Positions 24,901 to 38,100 of a stretch of 64,000 bases of DNA are shown here, piece after piece (positions within the stretch are counted from its first letter, which is position 1; each line of letters begins with the position of its first letter). The position numbers and the translations under genes were made by a program. The notes under the pieces are model-generated. The model searched no databases. It saw only the letters and a program-made list of their open reading frames with translations, and had not been told where the DNA came from. The DNA is taken from NCBI GenBank assembly GCA_905178155.1, contig CAJINV010000019.1:564475-628474 (forward strand). The letters are read 5' to 3'. The stretch comes from Amoebophrya sp. A120. Taxonomy: Eukaryota > Protista > Dinoflagellata.

Positions 24901-27900
24901 AATCAACAGGCCAAGCAACGCACCCAGGAATCCATTCGATTAAGCGCGAACGCCTTTCTGATGTCCTCTCCTTTGTTATTGCAAGGAAAAATCCCCCCTC
25001 CCCATATTGACGAGGTGCGTTTTCGAAAATTTGTGTTACCCATTTGTGACCACAAATCGCATCTGTGTTGCAAGAAGGCAACTCCACAGGCTCGGCCGCA
25101 TTGTGCAGGCGGATTGTCATGCTGCTGAGCCTACAGCGCGGACGTTTTACATGCGAGCTGCCTAGGCAAAAGCCTTTCTCCCCAGGCTCGATAGGGGCCT
25201 GCAGTCCTCTCTAGCAAGACGAATCTGATTTGTGTACGCAAATCCAGCATCAGAAACTTCGTTTTGATATGGGGAGGGGGGGTTTTTCCTTTTGATATTT
25301 GTCTTCCAACGCGCCGGAGTCGATATCCGACGGCATTTCTGATCTGCAGGAGCCCTCGGGCAAAGGCGAAAGGGGAGCGCTGCAGCACACGGAACAAATG
25401 CTGCGAGGAACGAACAGCGGCTTAGTTACTACAACGTCGGAGAACGACGCGTCTCAGTCTTTTATGGTATGAATTAGTGCTACAAGCAACTAGGAAACAA
25501 CGAAATCTGCATGTAAACCATGACGATAAAAATAGCTTAGCAACTAATATTTTCTACTCCCGATATGCAGGACTGAGAAACATCAGAAAATATTACAGAG
25601 AAACTCATACACGACAGGCCACGACCGCCATCAAAGCAGTGATTCACGATGACTCCCCTTCCGAGCTGCCGGAAGGTGAACCCGAGCGGTATCGACCCTC
25701 CAGGCTGCAGGCGACCATCAGTGCGACCGGGGATTGTGACATCACGGATAAAAAATTTGTATCCCAGACAAAAAAGCAGGCAGGGCGTATGTGTAATGCA
25801 AAAACAAATACACAGAAAAATCTGTCATGGGCGTCCCCATAGCGCGCTATTTAGGGTATGCAATACAGATTTTATGTATTTTTGCATTAAAAATGTGCCT
25901 TGCCGGCTTTTTTCTGTGTGATAATTTGCCACGCCGGATCATGTGGATATCAACATGGTGGACGATGAAGATTTTTCTGACTATATCGATGAAAAAGATC
26001 ATCTCGAGAACAACAAACATCAGCTGCATTCCGGGGTGAGTACTACCGCCGGCGGGAATAGCTCTTCTTGTGCGACTATCATTTCCACTTCGACATCTAC
26101 TGTGCAGCCACTGGCACAGCAGGTGGTGTCCTGCTCTCCCGCCCAGCAAAACCAAAATCACCCCTTTGGAGAACAAAACCTCGACACGCCGAAGCCTACA
26201 AAGAGCTTCAACCAGCTAGGGAGCTGCGGCACCTACTATCCTGCTACCCCGCCGACGGCCGCGCTGGGGGTGCACCCCGGGGAATTGCACGAGGAGGAGG
26301 ATTCGAATGGCAATAACAGTATGGAATTGCACGCGAGCATTGAGGAAGACGAAGAGCAGGTCGTGGGGCTGCACGACGAAGATCACCTTCTGGCCAGTAC
26401 CGAAGAAGCGCAGGAGGCTGCTGCGGGTGGTGTTTCTGCTACTTTCCTAGGAGCGGTGAAGAACACCAAGGGAACTACGCCGGGAGCTGCACAGGAGACC
26501 CCGGCCAAAATTAATATGCCCTCGCGGAATACAACCGATGTTGCAGCCCCGGTCGGCACGCCCGGGAATGATCCGGTGCCGAAGGAGCACCACGTGCAAC
26601 CCGAGGGGATGAAGTGGGCGGATTTGAAGGGGACTTGTGATCTGGAAGAGGACGAACTGCACAAAGTAGCACAGGGCTCTTCGAGGACCTCCACAAGTTG
26701 TACTCCGCAAATGATGTTGAAGGGCGGTGAACACCAGACGGTACCCCTTGCAGCTGGTGGAAATAATTTGGAAAAGGCGCCAGCAAATAATCTTGGTGTT
26801 ACTGTTGTGAAAACCTCTACTACTTCGACCACGTCTGCAGCTGCTGCTGCTGGTTCATCCGCCCGGGACGTGGACCAAGTCACGCCGACTGCAGTCCACC
26901 AGCGGATTATTGCGGAACTGCAGGCCACGAAAACCAGTGCTGCTGAGGTTGACCGCGAGACAATCACCGCGGGTGGAGGCGCGCCGCAGCTGTTACTGGA
27001 CGGAAACGGTAACATCGTGCTGCCGCGCACCTCGAAAACTAGAACGAGCATGCTTTACAATTCGCTGGAAAACCGGCCAAGTGTGATTTCCGACCGGCCC
27101 CCGGCGTCCGAGGCCGCATTCGAGACGGAAGATCTTCAAGGGCCTCAGCAGAAAGGTTGTGGCGAGAACTTAGCCAGCTGCGAGGAGAAGAAGTCTTTGC
27201 AGGCAAAGAACATTAAACTGATCCCGCCCTCTACGAGTTCTTTGGACGTTCTTGCTAGCTCTACAACAGCGACTGCTACCTCGATGAAAGCCCCGGCTGG
27301 GGCCTCTGTGGAGGATAGTACTTTCAACATTCCAGAAGAGGAAGATGATGATGATTACCTCGGCCCAAATGATAACGAAAACATGGTCGGTGACGAGGAG
27401 GTGTGCGCGACGCCGACACCCAGACACGACGACACGGAGGATTCTCCTTTCCGCTCGCGCCAGCGGTCGCACAGCACCCCAGTTCTGGAGAAGGAGCAAA
27501 AAGCTGCGAAAACGAACAAGAAGGATAATACTTCTATGCAGAAGAAAGACGGTAAAGGTAATAATGGTACTGCAACACCCGCTTCGGCCCGCCGCAAGGA
27601 TCAGTCGAAGACTCCGAAAAATAGTAGCAGGAATGTCAAGCGAAAAAACGCTCCACCCACGCCCCCAGCGCCCCCGGGCGGAATTTTCCCTGGGCCTGCA
27701 GTTCTTGATAATAGGAAAACAGGAGCGTCGGCACAGCAACAGTTGCCGGCGAGTAGTTCGAAAGGCACGACGAGAAACAACAAAGACGAAAACGACAACT
27801 CACTGGTGCCGAAAACCACGCCGAAAAACTCAGATGTTGAGGAGGAAGACATCACTCCGATGAATAATGACCGGTTTCTACCTCCTGGCGATAAGAACGA

Positions 27901-30900
27901 CAAAAAATTGTACCGGGGCAAGAAAAATACCCTTCGCGAGGATGAGGACGGTGCTGACGTAGATCACGAAGATGAAGCTCACGAGATGAACGAAGATGCC
28001 GGCCGTTCGGGCTCGAAGTCCAATCGATCGCGGTCAACGCCGGTTGCAGGGTCGCGCTCGAAGGGCAAAGACAACAAACAAGAATTCAATGTGGAGGTCT
28101 CCGATTTGCCTGCTCGCCTGGAGGAGTCGATGATGGAAGAACTTTTGCAACCGCTGGCGGACGTGTGCCAACCCGAGGATTTTGAGATGCTGATGCCGGA
28201 GGTGCTGCAGGCCGGCGCCCCGACGGTAATCTTCAAGTGCCGGGACAAGAAGACGCAGCAAGCCATTTTTGGCCGGTACAATTCCCTGCCGCGTCGGCTG
28301 ACCAGGTTGTGCAAGGTGATGCCCATGTCGGGGGAAAGGTACCATTTGATGCTGCGGGACCACGAGAAGTCGCGGCAGGCCATGGAACTCACGAAACAGT
28401 TGAAGCCGAGCATGGTGCAGGGCACGTTCGCGTCGCAAGACGGAATCACCGTCTTTATGGAGTCGACGATATCCTGTGCAAAAACGTCCCCTCTCCAGGG
28501 TTGTCATGCAAATGTGCAATGGTAGGAACATTTGCAATGTGCAGCTCCATGAGAGGCATTTCCAATCGCGTTTTGGAATTTGTAATGCTAAAAAGAGGAT
28601 CAGAGCATCGATTTCTCATGCGGCTTCCCTTGCCAACCAGCACTACACTGCAGAGGGGGACTTCTCATGCACAGCTCCCAAAAGTTGGAGATTTGTAGTG
28701 CTAGATTCCCAACTTGACTTTGGGGTGGGGACGTTTTTGCAAAGGATAGACGAAGGGCCAGTCGGAGTTTTGCTTCGTCCGGTGGAAAATCAACAACGTC
28801 GTGGAACCGAACCCCCACTGCCCCAACGGGGAAATCGTTTTCAAAAAACACCATCAGTACGCCGTCGCCATGAGTATGAAATGACAAGTACTTGCTGGGA
28901 TAGGAGCGTTCGCTTTTTCATTATCGTTTAAAGCAGGTATAGAAATTTTAGTGTAGCAGGTTTAGTTCTTGTTCAACATTCCAAGACAGTAAAAGAACTT
29001 TATGATGTGCATGTTGTTCCATGTGAATATTATGCAGGACGACAAAATCTGCTTGACAAAGTCTGTTAAGTAAACCGGTTCCAGCCTTACGCATTCCATA
29101 ATCCGCTCCAAAAGACAAGGCACCTACGCCAATGCCGCCACACTGGGTATCTACAGTACTGAACTTTTTTTGTTTGCTTTTATTTTGCGTCTTTCATTTT
29201 TATGTTGGCTGCATCTTCCCGATGACTGCATGATGATCTACTTGCTGAAAGTAAAGTCTATCTCTCGTCGTCTCCATTGTAGTAAAAGAAATTTGTTCCA
29301 AATGATAAACCCACACTAACTACAAAACAGACGGCCCGGTTTTGTACAACAAGTATGGGAATCGTGTGCAGCAACCCCGCATGCTTCCCTACGGCGTCAA
29401 CCGCACCTTCGGCGGCGGCGGTTTTGGCTACAACGACGGCCCTGGGGGTACTAATCCGATGATGCAGATGAACATGATGGGTATGAATCCGATGGGAGGT
29501 GGTATGCCCGGCGGCCCCATGGGCGGCAATGGTCCTCACGGTCGCAATCACATGGGAGGTGGTGGTGGGAACAACAATATGATGCCGCCTCATATGGGCG
29601 GAGGTAACGGCATGAACATGATGGGAGGTGGACCCAACAACAACAATCGCGGTGGTAATGGCATGATGGGAGGCAATAACGGCGGGATGTACAACAACCA
29701 CGGGAATAACAACAATTTCCCCCGCGGCATGAACAACCACGGGGGGAACAACGGCAATCACATGATGGGCGGAGGAAATAATAGCCACGGGGGCGCCAAT
29801 AACAACATGGGAGGCGGCGGCGGAAATGGTAATGGGCCACCCAATGGACCCCGCAACATGATGCAGATGATGCAAGTGCAGCACCAGCAACGAATGATGG
29901 CCAACATGATGCACAATTCGGGGCCTGGGGGCAATATGAACAACATGATGATGAACAACTTTCCCGGTATGAACAACATGATGAACAACATCTCGTTTGA
30001 CGAAATGCAGATGATGATGCAATTCAATGGCGGCAACAACTTTCCTCCCAACATGATGATGAACAACCGAGGTGGAGGACCGCGCAACGGTGGATCCAAC
30101 ATTATTACAATGAAAAATGCCCCCTCCCCATATCAAAACAGAAATCTGTGATGCAGATTTGTGGTCACAAATCAGCTTTGTGATGCTAGAAGGCAAAATA
30201 AGATGCGGACTGTAGTGCTGTCGAGCGTGGGAAAGCCTTGCAGCTCCAGGATGACAGGAGGCAACTGGAAGTGGGAAACAGCATGACAGATTGCCTGCAA
30301 TTTAGGCCGCAGCTTCGTCTCTTGGCATTCTAGCAATACAATTCGATTTGTGTCCTCAAATACAGCATCACAAATTCGCGCATCTTCCGTTTCCGAAATG
30401 GGGTGGGGGGATTTTTCCCTTTGATACACATGGGAGGTGGCGGCGGTGGCAATCCCTTTGGTGGTCACAACAACATGGGAGGCGGTGGTGGTCCAGGTGG
30501 GTGCATGGACCCTCGACTTTTCGGCATGGGCGGCCCAGGGGGTCCTATGGGCGGCGGAGGAGGTAACATGATGAACAACATGATGGGAGGTGGTGGACCA
30601 AATTCTGGCATGATGGGCGGCGGCGGTCCGGGCAGCGGGCCGTGCAACATGGGCGGAAATAATAACGGGCTGAATGATGGCACTAACATGTTTCGGCAGA
30701 GCATGCGCCAGAGCATGATGAATCACTACATGAACAATCAGCAAGGGGCGGGCTGCAACCGCGGTGGATCCTCCTCTCGTGGCGGGGCAGGTTACAACAA
30801 TAACTACGGGATGAACAATCGCGGTGGAAATGGAAACACGAACAATAATAATTCCTCCAATAATTTCAACGACAACGGCGACAACAGCAACGTGGGCCGA

Positions 30901-33900
30901 AACGACATATCCTGAGGAAAAACGTCCCCACGAGGACCCCACAGTCATCAAGATGGGGGCGTTGCTACACAAATCCACAAGGTCTGGGCGGTTCGCATGA
31001 CACAGTTCGGCTCGCAGTCTAATCGTGTTTAGCCTGTCGCGCAGCCGCATGCGGGTCAAAAATCGATAACTTTATCCTGATTCAGCATGACAAACTACTT
31101 ACCACTTAGCATTGAATGAAAATTTCTCCTGATGGGGCTGCGCATGAGAAACGTCTTTAGGTTTGTATGATTGGCATGACAAGTATGGGAACAAGAAGAT
31201 AGGGACGTTTTTATTTGGGATACGACAATAACAAGCGCAACGCCAGTACTCCCCCGCCGAACCGGCGTGACAGCTGTGGACCGCAAGGGCAACAAGACCA
31301 GAATACTAACCGAAACAGCAGTTCCATGAGCGGGACGGCGACGACAACTGGGGAAAACTGCAACGCAAACTCTGGCCCAACGATCTACGACCAGAATGGC
31401 AACCTGGTTCGCTACAACCGGAACAGCGGCACAGGTGGCTACAACAACCGTGGTAACGGAGGTTCTGGGATGAACAATATCAACTCGATGAACAACAGAG
31501 GTGCTGGCTACAACAATAACAATTTCGGGAACAGCAAGTCTCGCTCGAATATGAAATGCAAATATGATGTCTGGGTCTGGAAGGTCGAACCTGTATTGCA
31601 TGTTTCGCATTCCTAAAAAATCTGTATTGCATAAGCAGCAAAGAAAGCCGCGCCACACTTTCGTCATTCAAAAGCGCAGTTTGTAATGCGTTCTGCGCAT
31701 GAGAAAGCGTTTCAAACATTTGTCATGCTGCGCGGCACTTACAGGCACAGTCAATCATGACCATTCAGCATTACAAGTTTCCAGACCCAGACATATTTGC
31801 ATTTGATATCGAATTCTATGTCGTGTGGCCCGATCAACAAACCGCCGCCGCCGATTGGGGCTGGCGGAAGCATATCATTTGCAAAAATGTCTGGGTCTGG
31901 AAGGATGCGAACCTGTGATGCGCATTTCAGAACAGAGAAAAATATCTCATGCATAGGTAGCAAAATCTGCCCACTTTCTGTCACCAAAATGGAGGATTTG
32001 TCATGCTGATTCGGCATTGCGGAAGCTTCTCGAAACCTGTGATGCTAGAGCTGCCAGGCCAGACTTTCTATGTCATGCAAAAACAGCATGACTCTTCCAG
32101 ACCCAGACACTTTTGCATTTGATAAAGCAACAGTGGCAGTGGCTGCGAACAAAGCATGAACAGCAGTGCGCAGATGTTGAACAACATGGGCGCTGGTGGT
32201 GATAATTCTCGAGTCGTTCTTCCCTCTTCGCATCAAAATCAAAACCAGATCAACACAACGAACAAACAGAGCCAGCACCCGGGTGGATCTACTTCAGGAG
32301 CTGCGGGAGTAGACAACGGGTCGTCCGCCCGCAGGGGCGGAGGTGGGCAACATCACAATACAGCGAGCAAAGAACAACATAACAAAATGGGACAAAACCA
32401 ATTATCCGATGGCCTCTCCTCCATGAGCGAAAACAATGATGCCGACGATTTTTTGAGTTGCGGTAGCGACGACCGGATCACGCACACACTGCAGCCGCAG
32501 AACAGCGTTGGAGGGGGCATGAATAACAATTCCGGTGGTGGCAACCACGGCTACAACTCGATGAACTCTGGTTTTAACAACAACAATAACCGTGGCCCGA
32601 CTTCCATGATGATGAATGATGGTCAACAGCATCAGCTCCGTGGCAGTGCCTCGGTCGCCGGAAACAACAACGCCAGCGGCAAAGAAGTGCAGATGAATCG
32701 CGGAAGCAGCAACCCGAGGAACCATGCGGCCATGGGCGGTGGTGGTGGCGGCGGGCGGAACCGCGAGGGGAAGACGAGCAGCGATTTTCAGTCGAAGATG
32801 GCTTTGCCCATCCCGGCCTCGTATTGCAACGACCAGATGCCCCGACAGGGCAGCGGAAACCACCCGAATATCAATCGGGGTGGAGAACTGCAGATGGGTG
32901 GTAACATGATGAACAGCGGTTCTCAGATGGGAATGGGTGCGGGGAATCATGGCGGAGGAAGCAATATGATGTTGAACAACAGCAATATGGGCAATAACAA
33001 CAATTCGTCTAATATGCACCACAGTAACTCCTTCCGCGAGCAGAGAGACCGATACGGAAACAATAACATGAACACTGGAAGCAACAATTTCAACAACGAC
33101 AACCCACGAGGAACGATGATGAACAACAATCGTGGTTCGGGTAACGGTAATAACATGATGAACAACTCCTCGGGCGGCAACGGAAACAACAGTAACTACA
33201 GTTCGCGCGGCGGTGGAAATAATGCTTTAGCCGCGCAACAAGGTTGTGCTTCTCAACAACAGCAATCCAACGCCCAAGATCCCCACCGCTTCTTTTCCGC
33301 TCCGAACCCGCCGCTGGTGAACCGCGGCACCGCCCGCGGAGGATCCTCGGCGGGAGAGTACAACCAGCCTCCGTTGCCGAACCCGGTGCGCGGAGGCGGT
33401 GGTGGGAACAACTACAGTGGGGGACCTGGAGGAGGTCACGGCCGCGGAGGAGGTAACGGTGGCTACAACGACAACTTCAATAGTGGCGGTGGAAACAACT
33501 ATGGCAACAACGGCGCCCCGGTAGGTGGCATGATGGGCCCGGGCGGCATGGGTACCATGAACAACATGGGTGGTGGACCTGGCGGTCCGATGGGGACTAT
33601 GGGAGGCGGTGGGTTCGGTGGAAACGGCAACGGCGGTGGGTACGGTGGGGGTAACAACATGGGAGGAGGTACTTAGTGTTGTTAGATAATCTTCACACAT
33701 GGTTTCGACGATGAGATTTCAAAACTTTTTTCTTTTGACAAAGTTCTCACTACGTACCTTGCGAGAATGTTGAGAAGACGAAACTAGACCGACGTTTCTA
33801 TCACCCTAAAAATGATCTATCAGGCAACAACTTTCCCCTCGTGAACCGTGGTTCGGGGATGCAACGGCAAATGTTTTCGCAAGGCGGGAACAGCAATAGC

Positions 33901-35146
33901 TACGGTAGCGGCGGACAGGGTCGTGGCTCGCAATTCGACGGAATCAACCCCCCGCCGCAACCCCGGCCAGTGCACATGGTATAAATATAGTTTTGGTACG
34001 ACAAGATTATGGCGGGAGCAAAACAATATTTTTGAAAACAAGAAAATTTTGACCAAAGGGTAAAAATGCATATTACGATGGGATTACCTAGTTACATTTT
34101 TATGATATGCATAGCTAGGCACCATGTTAAAGTAGCTAGCTAAGGAAGGTCCGGGGCCGGCGTTTCGACATCGTCTTCCACGAGCTGCTGCTCCACGGCT
34201 GTGCAGGCACAGCCGTAACCGACCGGGCCGCCCTTCCTCCGTGCTGATGCCGCTCCACCGGACCTTCCTTAGCTAGCTAGCTTAATCACATAGTTAATTG
34301 GCGCCTTTTATAGATGGTTTTCAAGTATGCTAGATGCAAAATCCTAAATACCCATCGATTAAAATTTTATTGTTTTCAAAAATATTGTTTTGCTCCCGCC
34401 ATAAAGATCAAGGTCAAGAACAGCTCGGTGTCTTTGTCATGCTAGTTTCTGCTTTGAGTATTAACGTTTGTGATGTGTAAAATGCAAACAGAAAAACAAT
34501 TTCTCACTCAGGGTCCGAACACCGGGTCAATGGGCTACTATCAAATGTAAAAATGTCTGGGTCTGGAACGATGCAACTTGTCCTGCTAAGACTGAAGCAT
34601 GCAAAAATCTGTGTTGCATGATTACCAAATGTCGTCCAGTTTTGACCATGTCGGGAGGGAGTTTCTCATGCGGGATAGGCATGAGAGAGATCGCGCAGTG
34701 TCTGTCATGCTAGGTCCTGCATTCCAGACCTCTTGGGTCATGGAAAAGCTGCAAGACAAATCGCGCACTTTTCCAGACCCAGATACTTTTGCATTTGATA
34801 GCTACAACCGGGGACCGATTGACTACCGGCACGGGGGTATCCTGAGTAAAAACGTCCCCACCCCATAGTCAAGTTGTGAACTCTGCAATACAAATCTAGG
34901 AGTTTTGGAAGCCATGCATGACAAGTTCGTCTTTGTAGTGTAGTGCAGGCTAGGAAGGACAGTCGCATGACAAACTCATCTCCTCATCCTGTTTACAGGA
35001 TTACAAATGCCAAAACACGATTGGAAATGCCTCTGATGTAGATGCGCATTACAAATGTTCCTGTCATTGCAAATCTGCATGACAACTCTGGGGTGGGGAC
35101 GTTCTTGCTCAGGATAGGGGGGCCAGCGTTTCCGTCGATGAACTGA
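21955..35146 (+). CDS. Very large, mostly disordered protein with an RRM-like segment (~28080-28850) and a long Asn/Gly/Met-rich prion-like C-terminal region; ~15 elements
   Basis: Exons join in frame across elements (RFFSNQL, ELFRTP, MESTKGQ, MGYNRG, HGGPAFPSMN-stop); EFNVEVSDLP is RNP2-like; single-gene continuity not proven. Confidence 0.55.
22033..22287. mobile_element. Introner family F (255 bp)
   Basis: Family F TIRs; direct repeat TTTTT. Confidence 0.9.
22426..22688. mobile_element. Introner family A (263 bp)
   Basis: Family A TIRs; degenerate direct repeat GACTT/GTCCT. Confidence 0.85.
23313..23620. mobile_element. Introner family G (308 bp), opposite orientation to 5218-5527
   Basis: Family G TIRs; direct repeat GGCGA. 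Confidence 0.9.
24070..24379. mobile_element. Introner family D (310 bp)
   Basis: TATTACAATGAAAAGTGCCCCCCACCCC...GGGGAGGGGGGTATTTTTCATCGTAATA; direct repeat CTGTT. Confidence 0.92.
24415..24676. mobile_element. Introner family A (262 bp)
   Basis: Family A TIRs; direct repeat CGGGG with 3 extra bases (CAA) between ATA and the right copy. Confidence 0.88.
24977..25297. mobile_element. Introner family E (321 bp)
   Basis: TATTGCAAGGAAAAATCCCCCCTCCCCAT...ATGGGGAGGGGGGGTTTTTCCTTTTGATA; direct repeat TTTGT. Confidence 0.9.
25740..25923. mobile_element. Degenerate introner (~184 bp)
   Basis: CATCACGGATAAAAAA...TTTTTTCTGTGTGATA weak IR; internal TGTAATGC/TGTCATG motifs; no clean direct repeat. Confidence 0.55.
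28470..28748. mobile_element. Introner family C (279 bp)
   Basis: Family C TIRs; direct repeat GACGA. Confidence 0.92.
30103..30426. mobile_element. Introner family E with a family-D-like left terminus (324 bp)
   Basis: TATTACAATGAAAAATGCCCCC...GGGGGATTTTTCCCTTTGATA; direct repeat AACAT/CACAT. Confidence 0.88.
30908..31222. mobile_element. Introner, family C-related long form (315 bp)
   Basis: TATCCTGAGGAAAAACGTCCC...GGGACGTTTTTATTTGGGATA; direct repeat CGACA. Confidence 0.88.
31550..31808. mobile_element. Introner family A (259 bp)
   Basis: Family A TIRs; direct repeat TCGAA. Confidence 0.9.
31873..32124. mobile_element. Introner family A (252 bp)
   Basis: Family A TIRs; direct repeat AAGCA. 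Confidence 0.9.
34008..34403. mobile_element. MITE family H (396 bp) with nested inner inverted repeat, inside a GT-AG intron (33979-34511)
   Basis: 34-bp perfect TIR TATGGCGGGAGCAAAACAATATTTTTGAAAACAA; direct repeat AAGAT; inner perfect 22-bp IR at 34133-34154 / 34258-34279. Confidence 0.92.
34539..34800. mobile_element. Introner family A (262 bp)
   Basis: Family A TIRs; direct repeat GCTAC. Confidence 0.92.
34838..35116. mobile_element. Introner family C (279 bp)
   Basis: Family C TIRs; direct repeat GGGGG. Confidence 0.92.
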
Positions 35147-38100
35147 TTTTGATCTTTCTTTGCGATGAACGACAGACATCGGGGGCAGGCCTGCGCCCTT
35201 GTTCTTTTACACTTCTGTGGATGAGCGTTGTATCCCCAAGAGTACTACTATGTTGATTTCTACCTTGCGATTGCGAACCCGAAGATGCGTGGACGACGAG
35301 GACCGGCGACACAAGTTTGAATTAGAGTAGCACACTGTGCGGCAAGAATAAGAAAGTCAGTACTCAAGCATGAGAATAAAGCACTGCAAACAGATTTGAT
35401 TTGTTTCGAGAACTGATAGAAAGAAAATAGAAGAACTTCTGCGTCGGGTGATGAACTTTTTATGTAGGTGTAATATGTCCACCAAGTACTCTTTGCACTT
35501 GGAGTTGGCAGACTTTTTGTGTTGCGAAAATCTCCCCTGGTGCCATGCCAAAAAATTTCTTTAGAAATTCTTCTTTTACTCGATATGAAAGCTGTTTGAC
35601 CCATGTTTTTTGACCCTTCATTGTTGTCTTCCTCCTCAACACTTTTTTCTTCTGCAAAAAAATTAGTTTTTACACCGCAAAAAGATAAAGCTAGAGAAGT
35701 ACTTACACCTCGGAAGTCTTCAGCTCTTTCTTCACACAGCACCATGCGGTAGCTGCTAGTTTTATCTCTCGAGAAGAGACCAGCCAGATGAAAGGGCAGC
35801 CTCTAAGTACCCAGCCGCGAAGACACATTCACGAGAATACGGACCAGTAGAGAATACAGATACATCGTACTTGGATACTGATGAAGAAAGGCGACCGAAC
35901 GAGCTTTATTTGCGGCAGCAACTGTTGTGTATTACGTCAACGTCGCAGCTCTGTTTTGAAACCTCCGTGCGAGTGGATTCAGGCTGGTAGATGCGAAAGA
36001 TCACAGCAAAACTAGGAGGCCAAATCATCCGGACTTGCGGTGAGGTCCGAAAGAATTGCCATCCGTTGTCTAATTTTATCATCACCGCCCGTGGCGGTGC
36101 GGTCTTTGGTTGCTACCGCTGAATCGAAAGAAGCAACTCCACGTACGACCAGGCAGTTCGTTGATTGAAGCTTTTCCGAGGGCGGTGCTAGTTCGTGGAA
36201 GTGAGGCACTGCGGCAAGACAATGACACAGAGGTCGAGGGAGTTTCTCAAATTCTAACGAGTGCTGTACTCACTTTCGTTTATCAGTCTATCAGGAGCTA
36301 CGTCCACGTGGGAGGTGAGTGAGTGCGTTTTTTCTGTTCAGAGAGAACGTTGTTGCACTTTTTCCGCACGTGCGAAAGGCTGGGGCTTTTCTATTCTCCT
36401 GCAAAGACGCCCACCTCCTCAGGTGCTTGGCAAATGGCCCGGCAGCGGCAACTTGGCCCGCCGCCTTTTGCGGCCCCCGTCCGCGCACCTGCCAGGCTCA
36501 TGCATGTGATTGGTGAATGGGCGGCGCCGCTGGCGTTCGGCGCGCCGCGGGCGGGCGCGAGCCCTTGGAGCGTGATTTCGGATTTCGCCCCGACGAATAC
36601 CGGGCCCGAACCCGAAGTCGCCGCGCCGTCCCGCGACCGCCCTCCGCCCGCCCCTCCCGGCCGCGCACCCCGAAGCCGACCGAGACGAAGAAGCTGGGCC
36701 GGTCGCGTTTGCCCGAGACGAGCGCGGCGGCCCTTCGTTTGGCCAGCGCCCGCGCCAAGTGCGGGCGCGCCGCGCGACCTGCTAGTGTTTGCGCAACGGA
36801 CGGGCGCGCCCACGTCCCCCGCCGTGTCGCCGGCGCTCCGGGCCCTTGCGCCCCTCCACGTATGAGGGAGGGCGCGTCGGCCCCTCCGCATTACTTACCC
36901 ACGACTCCCGCTTGCCGACTGCGCGTGTATGGCTGGGCAGCCGTTGTGCGCCTGGCGCCGAGCGATCGCGCCGCGGCGTAGGCCCATTTGTGGCGCACAC
37001 CGTGCGGCCCCCCGTTGACCCGTTTGTGGCGCACCGCCCGGCACATGCATTGTTTGGCAGAAGTGCATATATGTGGCACCTACGTATGGCGCAGCAGTCC
37101 GTCTCCTAATTGTGGTTTTTTGGTTCGGCTACGTGGCGGCCGTTCATCGTCCTGCTGCGTTTCTTTTGGAAAAAGTTGTTCCAAGGCAAAGCTGCTGGGC
37201 TGCGAGTGATTTGTTGAGAGGAGCGCGCTGAGAGATGAGAGCAATTTCTCACGAGCTTCACTGGCGTTTCCATCTTCTGTTGGATTTCTGGAGCGGCCGA
37301 CGTTGGGATGATCCAGTAATTTCAAAAGAACAACCACGTCAATGCGCGCTGTAGGTGTGTTGTGAAAAAGAGAGCGCCTGGCTTCTGGTTCGGCGGCCCG
37401 GCTGTGTTTGGGTTCTTTGGCGCGGCTATCAAGACGGGCTTCCGCACCTCGGGGCATGGACAGCTGGAAGGCCCGCCGGCCCGAGCTTACGCTTCCTTGC
37501 AGCGCTTTACTCAGGGCGCATGGCCAGGGAGCCGGTAGAGTTCGATCGCGAGTGCCCCGGGGTCGGGCAGAGCATGCCGCACCGGTGTCCCGCTTTACAT
37601 TTCCAGCGGGGCGCGTGGTCGAAGGCGTGTCGGTGTGGCCTGGCACAGTGTTGCTGCTGTACCGGCGGCGGCCTTGGAAGCAAGGCCGCCCATCCCGGAC
37701 ACGTTCGCACACACCGCCCGCCATCATTCACGGCGAACAAAAGGCGGAGGAACCAAGCCCAACACGCTCGCCGAAGAATTTGAGCGATGGCCGCCCGGTT
37801 GGCCGCTGGCTGCCTGTGCCCGCCGCTACGCACCTGGGGGGTTGGTCGCCTCGATGCGACGGGGCTAGTCGCCGGCGGTCGCGCGGCCGCTTCCTCGCTT
37901 TGCAGCATGCCGGGGCGGCGCACTTCGATTCGGGCGGGAGCTTATTTTGGCCAGCCACGGACCCCCGTGATCCATTTTTTTGCGGTAGGGGCCTTACATA
38001 TAGCGTTGCGGGTGTGCGTGCTGGCATTTCTGTGCCAGTCTGTCATCTGGCGCGCGAAACAGTGCCGCCGGTCCGTTCTTGTGCCCTGGCTGTGTGTGGC

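Larger units (their letters stand above)
29342..33980 (+). repeat. Coding low-complexity region (AAC/ATG/GGN-rich; Asn, Met, Gly runs)
   Basis: ORFs 29342, 30403, 31215 and 32156 are dominated by N, G and M. Confidence 0.85.

Noticed and set aside
29258-33700. His/Val/Ile-rich minus-strand ORFs
   Set aside because: Antisense shadows of the AAC/ATG/GGC-rich + strand coding region
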